Of a stretch of DNA of 51,694 nt, positions 46,282 through 51,694 are shown piece after piece; within the stretch, counting starts at the first letter, position 1; every line of letters begins with the position of its first letter. The DNA is from Acidimicrobiia bacterium UBA2766 (GTDB taxonomy: Bacteria; Actinomycetota; Acidimicrobiia; UBA2766): contig DEIU01000098.1 of assembly GCA_002352645.1 (NCBI GenBank), positions 11,278 to 62,971 of the forward strand, given 5' to 3'. Both the position numbers and the translations under genes were made by a program. Under the pieces are notes generated by a model. That model was not told where the DNA came from. It searched no databases and worked only from the letters and a program-made list of their open reading frames with translations.

Positions 46282-47469
46282 ATGAAAACGATTTCCCCCG
46301 ATGGAGCTGTGGCTCTTACACTTCCCTCTGACCTGCTCCCTTCAGACGGTCGTTTCGGATCTGGTCCTTCAAAAATTCGTCCCGATTTTTTGCGCGCCCT
46401 TGCCGAAACCGGAATTTCCTATCTTGGGACAAGCCATCGACAACCCACAGTAAAAAACGTCGTACACCGGGTTCGCCACGGATTGCGGCAGTTCTATGAC
46501 CTCCCTGACGACTATGAGGTTGTCCTCGGGACAGGTGGTGCGACAGCTTTCTGGGGCATTGCTGCCTATAGCCTCATTGTGCAGCAGAGTCAGCACCTTG
46601 TTCTGGGCGAATTCTCAAAAAAATTCGCCACCGAAATAAGCACTGCTCCCCATCTCGCATCGCCCGACATCATCGAAGCGCCCTATGGCGAGTGCCCCAC
46701 CCCCCGTCCACGCCCTGACATCGACACTTACGCACTGATTCACTGCGAAACTTCTACTGGTGTGCGCATGCCCATCGCACGCCCTACCGGAAAAGAGGCA
46801 AAAAAAGCAGACACAAGACCTCTTGTACTTGTCGATGCCACATCCGCTGCAGGCGGCATGCCCGTCACACACGACCAATATGATGTATATTATTTTTCCC
46901 CTCAAAAAGCATTTGGGTCAGATGGTGGTCTCTGGCTTGCTTTCTGTTCTCCCGCGGCACTGAAGCGTGCTGCACGTCTCAAGCAAGAGGGACGTTGGGC
47001 ACCACTCTTCCTTGACCTCACCACCGCAGTACAAAATAGTCAGAAAGACCAAACATGTAATACTCCCCCACTCTCCACCCTTTTTCTCCTCGCGCAACAG
47101 ATAGATTGGATGAACAGACAGGGCGGAATAGAGTGGGCAGCACAACGGTGCACGACTTCGGCTTCCCTCTTGTATGAGTGGGCAGAGAAAACCAACTACA
47201 CGTCACCCTTCGTGGCCGATCCCGACCAGCGAAGTCACACAGTCGCCACAATCGATTTCGATGCAGAAGTTGACCATAACGCTGTATGTAGCGTCTTGCG
47301 GGCAAACGGCATCCTCGACGTAGAGCCTTACCGAAAACTGGGCCGCAATCAGATCCGCGTCGCGCTCTTTCCCGCCATCGAACCTGCCGACATCGAAAAA
47401 CTCATCCGCGCTTTGGACTACACCGTGCAACATCTCGCATCACACGCTGCAGCTTCCGGCAATTCCTGA
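46282..47469 (+). CDS. serC: Phosphoserine aminotransferase, actinobacterial type
   Basis: P.DGRFGSGPSK, GTSHRQ, GGATAFW, ETSTGV, DATS.AGG, YYFSPQK.F.SDGGLW, YRKLGRNQ. Confidence 0.96.
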   Translation: MKTISPDGAVALTLPSDLLPSDGRFGSGPSKIRPDFLRALAETGISYLGTSHRQPTVKNVVHRVRHGLRQFYDLPDDYEVVLGTGGATAFWGIAAYSLIVQQSQHLVLGEFSKKFATEISTAPHLASPDIIEAPYGECPTPRPRPDIDTYALIHCETSTGVRMPIARPTGKEAKKADTRPLVLVDATSAAGGMPVTHDQYDVYYFSPQKAFGSDGGLWLAFCSPAALKRAARLKQEGRWAPLFLDLTTAVQNSQKDQTCNTPPLSTLFLLAQQIDWMNRQGGIEWAAQRCTTSASLLYEWAEKTNYTSPFVADPDQRSHTVATIDFDAEVDHNAVCSVLRANGILDVEPYRKLGRNQIRVALFPAIEPADIEKLIRALDYTVQHLASHAAASGNS

Positions 47470-47523
47470 TCCGACATTCCCTGAAAGGTTCTTTTTCTCT
47501 TTCACCCCAACTAGGTTTTCCTC

Positions 47524-48300
47524 ATGACACCCAGCTCTGACCTGCCCTGCAATCCATCAGATCCAGATCCAGATCCAGGTAAAGACGCGACGGAACAATT
47601 TCTGGCAGACAACCCCTCCCACCAGGATGCCCACCTCAACGAAAAAGTAGCCGACGCAGTGCGGGCGGGTGTTTTTGGCGTCTCAGACGGACTCGTCTCG
47701 AACCTCGCACTGGTGATGGGAGTAGCGAGTGGTACAGACAGTGCCTCCACCGTGATCTTGGCAGGAGTAGCGGGACTGCTCGCCGGGGCATTTTCCATGG
47801 CAGCCGGTGAATACATCTCAGTTCTCACACAGAAAGAGGTCTTCAAACGCGAACTTGCAGTCGAACGCAACCACATCACGGAGTATCCCGAAGAAGAAGA
47901 ATCTCACTTGGCGTCTCTTCTGACGGGATACGGTATCGACGAGAAAACCGCAAAAAATGTCGCCGCCAATGTACATAAAAACACCGATCCGGCGCTGGAT
48001 TTTCACGCTCGATTCGAGTTCGGCATCAACCCCGAATCGCTCGGGTCCCCGAACCTCGCTGCGGGCACGTCTTTTCTCACCTTTGTAATCGGCGCGCTCA
48101 TCCCGCTTCTCCCCTGGTTCTTCCAAGATGACGGGCGACTTCTCAGCATGCTCCTCTCCTCAATCGCCCTGTACGCAGTCGGTGCAGCACTCACCTGGTA
48201 CACACCACGGACAGCGACCATAGGGGCATTCCGCCAACTTCTCCTTGGCCTCGCTGCCACCGGAGTCACGTACGGAATTGGCACTCTGATATCAGTCTAA
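47524..48300 (+). CDS. VIT1/CCC1 family Fe/Mn transporter
   Basis: FGVSDGLVSN, AGAFSMAAGEYIS, GALIPLLP; TAGGTT lies 6 nt before the ATG. Confidence 0.95.
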   Translation: MTPSSDLPCNPSDPDPDPGKDATEQFLADNPSHQDAHLNEKVADAVRAGVFGVSDGLVSNLALVMGVASGTDSASTVILAGVAGLLAGAFSMAAGEYISVLTQKEVFKRELAVERNHITEYPEEEESHLASLLTGYGIDEKTAKNVAANVHKNTDPALDFHARFEFGINPESLGSPNLAAGTSFLTFVIGALIPLLPWFFQDDGRLLSMLLSSIALYAVGAALTWYTPRTATIGAFRQLLLGLAATGVTYGIGTLISV

Positions 48301-48438
48301 AAACATTTGGCGTGCCGCATACCCATGACGGCAAATCACACGAGCCTGCCACAAGAAGTACGACAAGCAGCGAGATACTGCACGAGAGAACATATGGGAA
48401 AGACAGGCGACCAGAAAAAATGACCAGGACAGAGAACT

Positions 48439-48747
48439 ATGGGAAGTGACCAGGACTCGCAGGAACACGCCACGGCAACACACCAAACACGAGTCACGAT
48501 CCGCGGTCGTGTCCAGGGCGTCTTCTTCCGCGCTGAAACAGTATCCCTTGCCCGCCGTCTAGGGGTAAAAGGGTACGTCCGCAATATGGCCGGCGGCACA
48601 GTCGAGGCAGTATTCGCGGGCAACCCAGCTCATGTCGAAACAATGTTGCAATGGTCGAGGACAGGCCCCACACAAGCGAGCGTGACCCGGATAGAAATTA
48701 CACAGGAGCCACTTGCATTGTGGCAAGGATTCGAGAAAAGACGTTGA
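48439..48747 (+). CDS. acyP: Acylphosphatase
   Basis: GRVQGVFFR, GYVRN...G.VE, GP..A.V. Confidence 0.95.
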   Translation: MGSDQDSQEHATATHQTRVTIRGRVQGVFFRAETVSLARRLGVKGYVRNMAGGTVEAVFAGNPAHVETMLQWSRTGPTQASVTRIEITQEPLALWQGFEKRR

Positions 48748-48825
48748 GAGGCCTCCCCGCGGCTACCTGCTCGGCACAACCACTTTCGGTGAGAATAGCT
48801 GCCTGAGCAGGGTGTTCTTTGCTTC

Positions 48826-49140
48826 TCACCAGGTCTGTCCGGGCAGGGTCTCCTCAAGGCCAGAAGGGTACTGCACAACAGGAGTATCTGACATCGCGGC
48901 ATCGAGCTCTGTCACAATATGCTCGATTTCCATCTGTGTCTTTGTGATCTTGTCTTTACACCATTTCACGAGCTCACTGGCACGATGGACTCGTTCGGTC
49001 AACATATCCATGTCGACCGTGTCATCTTCGATCTCCGCCAGGATCTCATCAAGTTCCTGCATTGCGGCATCATAACCGAAGTCCTTCTCGAGGCCCTGCT
49101 GAAGTTCTGCCGGATTTTCGGGCGTTTCAGCGCGTCTCAT
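48826..49140 (-). CDS. xseB: Exodeoxyribonuclease VII small subunit
   Basis: YDAAMQELDEIL..IE...D.L...V.RA.EL...C; ATGA overlap with xseA. Confidence 0.92.
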   Translation of the reverse strand: MRRAETPENPAELQQGLEKDFGYDAAMQELDEILAEIEDDTVDMDMLTERVHRASELVKWCKDKITKTQMEIEHIVTELDAAMSDTPVVQYPSGLEETLPGQTW

Positions 49141-50861
49141 ACACGCTCCTCTGTTTCTGTTGTCGTGTCGGCTGCCCGGATGGCACTACTGCCCGTTTCC
49201 GTTCGGGCCTGCTTCCCTGTTACCAACGTATCGAGAGTACCGTCCTGCACTATCGCGCGTACGACCATCCCTGCTTCCACTTCGGTAATACTCTGTATGG
49301 CCTTTCCGTCCTCATTACGCAAAAGCGCCAGCCCCCGTGCCAGAAAACGACGCACATCCCCTGCTCGCACGGCTGCATCATGGCATTCAAGCATAATTGC
49401 GGCGCGACGCACACTTCTGTGCGCCTCACGTGTCAAGCGATCTCCTCGTTGCTCAAGCAAAAGCCGGCAACGGTTAAAAAAAGTACGAAAACGCGACAGG
49501 GCAAGGCGCTCACAAACAAAATCTAGTCTGGCCTCTTCTGCAGTGAGGCGTACAGCAACAAGATGATGCAATTTATTTCCCCGCGCGGCAAGCAGCCGGC
49601 GCGCGCGGTCGACTCTCCTTCTGCCCCCAAGCACAAGTTGCCCCGCCGTGTCATCAGTCCGTTTCGTGGCGTGTGCCAATTCTTGGGTGGCACTTTGTTG
49701 GACTTGTTGCCATACCTCGCGCACCTGGCCAATGGCCTCCTCTACCTGCCCCACAATGAAAGCCGCGCAGGCGGTTGGAGTTTTGCAGGCAGTATGCGCG
49801 ACTCGGTCAGCCACACTTGTGTCAATCTCATGACCAATACCCGTCATCACAGGAACAGGCAGCAAAGCAATAGCCCGCGCGATGGCTTCGTCATCAAACC
49901 AGACAAGATCGCTACGCGCACCGCCGCCACGCACAAGCACAACGAGATCAGGAGCACGCGGAGTACCGAGCTGTTGGGCAAAAAAATCCAGGGCTTGCAG
50001 AATCATTGGCACAGCCTGCTGCCCTTGCACACGGGCATCACATACTTGCACTTGGAAACCAAAACCGCTTTGTTGCAGCTCATGCAGAAAGTCCTCATAG
50101 GCAGCACTCCCCACACTGGTGACAAGACCAATACGCAAGGGCAAAGAAGGCAAGCTCAAGCAGGTATTTCTCTCGAGAAGTCCCTCTTGTGCAAGACGGC
50201 CCAGCGTGCGTTCCCGCCCTGCAGCCATGCGCCCCAGCGTGAAAGCCGGATCAACGCCCGTCATGCGAAACTGCAGTTTCCCATAAGGCGGGTAAAAATC
50301 TATCCGCCCCCTGACTCGCACCTCGATATCATCGTCCAGACGAAAATCCGGCGCGACCGCCATCGCTACCTCCAAAGCGGGACGATCCCAAGCCAGCAGT
50401 GCCACTGCCAAAGAAGCACTGACTTGTGCGCTTCCCTCTTCTTTTTCCACGAGTTCAAAATAACGGTGACGCCGCCCTGCCGTACGAGCAAAGCCTTTGA
50501 TTTCGCCACGCACCCACACTTCAGAGGGGAAGGCTCGTTCGAGCGCTTCTTTCACTGTCTCATTCAGCTGCCGAACCCCAAAAGTAAGGTTGTCAGCATC
50601 CTGGTCAGGGGAAATCGGGGTCTGCCGAGGATTTTTATTGGCAGCGCTTGCTCTTTTTTTTCTTCCGCTTTCTCGCGCTGGATTCTTGCGTGCAGAGGGA
50701 TTCGCAGCTTTCCCGGCCTGACGCGGAGTTTGGAGAACCTCGTCCCCTGTAGGACAGCCGGAAATGTTCTCTGAGGAAGAGTCGGAAGAAGGATTTCGGG
50801 GCGAATCCTGCGGGGAGTTCGGGGGCGTGAGATCGTCAAAAAGAGAGAGCGGTTCTGGCAT
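49137..50861 (-). CDS. xseA: Exodeoxyribonuclease VII large subunit with N-terminal disordered extension
   Basis: VWVRGEI, IGLVTS..SAA..DF, VQG, RGGG...DL..F, TGIGHEID...D, TPTA; TACTCT lies 6 nt before ATG 50861. Confidence 0.95.
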   Translation of the reverse strand: MPEPLSLFDDLTPPNSPQDSPRNPSSDSSSENISGCPTGDEVLQTPRQAGKAANPSARKNPARESGRKKRASAANKNPRQTPISPDQDADNLTFGVRQLNETVKEALERAFPSEVWVRGEIKGFARTAGRRHRYFELVEKEEGSAQVSASLAVALLAWDRPALEVAMAVAPDFRLDDDIEVRVRGRIDFYPPYGKLQFRMTGVDPAFTLGRMAAGRERTLGRLAQEGLLERNTCLSLPSLPLRIGLVTSVGSAAYEDFLHELQQSGFGFQVQVCDARVQGQQAVPMILQALDFFAQQLGTPRAPDLVVLVRGGGARSDLVWFDDEAIARAIALLPVPVMTGIGHEIDTSVADRVAHTACKTPTACAAFIVGQVEEAIGQVREVWQQVQQSATQELAHATKRTDDTAGQLVLGGRRRVDRARRLLAARGNKLHHLVAVRLTAEEARLDFVCERLALSRFRTFFNRCRLLLEQRGDRLTREAHRSVRRAAIMLECHDAAVRAGDVRRFLARGLALLRNEDGKAIQSITEVEAGMVVRAIVQDGTLDTLVTGKQARTETGSSAIRAADTTTETEERV

Positions 50862-51010
50862 CCCCCAAGAGTAGGACATCGTGCAAAAAAAGGCCGCCTG
50901 CGGCCCAGGGAAATTATTCCCATAAAAAATCATCATAACTGCAAAAGGATACAGTTATCGTGGTACCGTAATACGGAATAGTCACAAACCACTATGAAAG
51001 TGTAAATCAA

Positions 51011-51370
51011 ATGATCGGTCCATACACCAGAGTTGCCTTCAAAACAAATCGGACAACGCTCCCCATAGCAACTGGTCCCCAGACTTTTCAGGAGACCGTT
51101 TCTTTCGGACATAAAGTAACGACAGCGGGCGTTGCCCTCAGTGGTTTCAAAGTTGACTACACGATTGGAGACCGCGAATTTAACCTTACTCAGGTTGACG
51201 TGACCCTCCTCTCAGTTATCGGCGATGAAGTAAACTACACTGTTACTGCGTGGATTGCTGACACACACGGCATCACCAAGCCTGGAGAACACCACTTCAG
51301 CGGGTATATTGACGTGACAATTACCGCTGAAGTCTATGCCAAACCATTTCCCTTCTCCCTCTGGCCCTGA
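51011..51370 (+). CDS. Small beta-rich hypothetical protein, possibly lectin-like
   Basis: 119 aa with alternating hydrophobic beta pattern (VSF...V..A.VALSGF.VDY...D); lower GC than neighbours. Confidence 0.65.
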   Translation: MIGPYTRVAFKTNRTTLPIATGPQTFQETVSFGHKVTTAGVALSGFKVDYTIGDREFNLTQVDVTLLSVIGDEVNYTVTAWIADTHGITKPGEHHFSGYIDVTITAEVYAKPFPFSLWP

Positions 51371-51501
51371 TCACTTTGCCCCGATAACCCAAAAATTACA
51401 GCAAGAGAAGTCTTGCAAAAATAGGGATAAAGGCAGAAGCACACTAAAGGATGGGACACCTGCTTAAAAAAGCGCATGCTGAAAAAAAGATTTTATAATG
51501 C

Positions 51502-51560
51502 GTTCATAAATAAACGTTTCCTCCGCACATCCACCGTGGAGGAAACGTTTATTTATGAAC
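51502..51560. repeat. 23-bp perfect inverted repeat in AT-rich region
   Basis: GTTCATAAATAAACGTTTCCTCC-N13-GGAGGAAACGTTTATTTATGAAC. Confidence 0.9.
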
Positions 51561-51694
51561 CGATCACACCTCTTCCCAAAAATTAAAAAACCCTAATAAA
51601 CTCATTATTAGAAATTAAAACGGAAAAAAACGACAATAGCACCGATATCTTCCCCACACTCCAGGCTTCACTCTCACCAACCCTGCAAATGACC

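Overview
Chromosomal segment of an actinobacterium. The evidence is BldC, CarD, a mycobacterial-type SerC and many leaderless TANNNT-N6/7-start genes; YchF style suggests Acidimicrobiia (inference). It contains housekeeping genes (ychF, msrB, surE, miaE, thiolase, carD, bldC, aspartate aminotransferase, serC, VIT1/CCC1, acyP, xseAB) and two glycan/sugar-tailoring islands. Island 1 (about 6.9-20.1 kb) has a GT2, a carbamoyltransferase, an FAD-type oxidoreductase, a double methyltransferase, a radical SAM/SPASM-DegT aminotransferase fusion, a PhyH-type dioxygenase, FdtA, FdtB and a GNAT. Island 2 (about 29.6-41.8 kb) has three glycosyltransferases, RfbF, an SDR epimerase and three tandem NDP-sugar C-methyltransferases. 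Unusual exported proteins include an endoglycoceramidase homolog lacking both catalytic glutamates but preceded by a near-consensus promoter, a Spondin_N-PA-M28 aminopeptidase fusion and an Asp-box lipoprotein. The left end holds a scar not shown by the ORF track: the 5' end of hpaB (frameshifted) joined by deletion to the 3' end of an FAA-hydrolase gene (nonsense codon). A/C-versus-T/G strand skew, short tandem duplications and low-complexity protein insertions suggest a drifting, possibly host-associated genome. No rRNA, tRNA, CRISPR or mobile element was recognised. All family calls come from motif recognition, not database searches.
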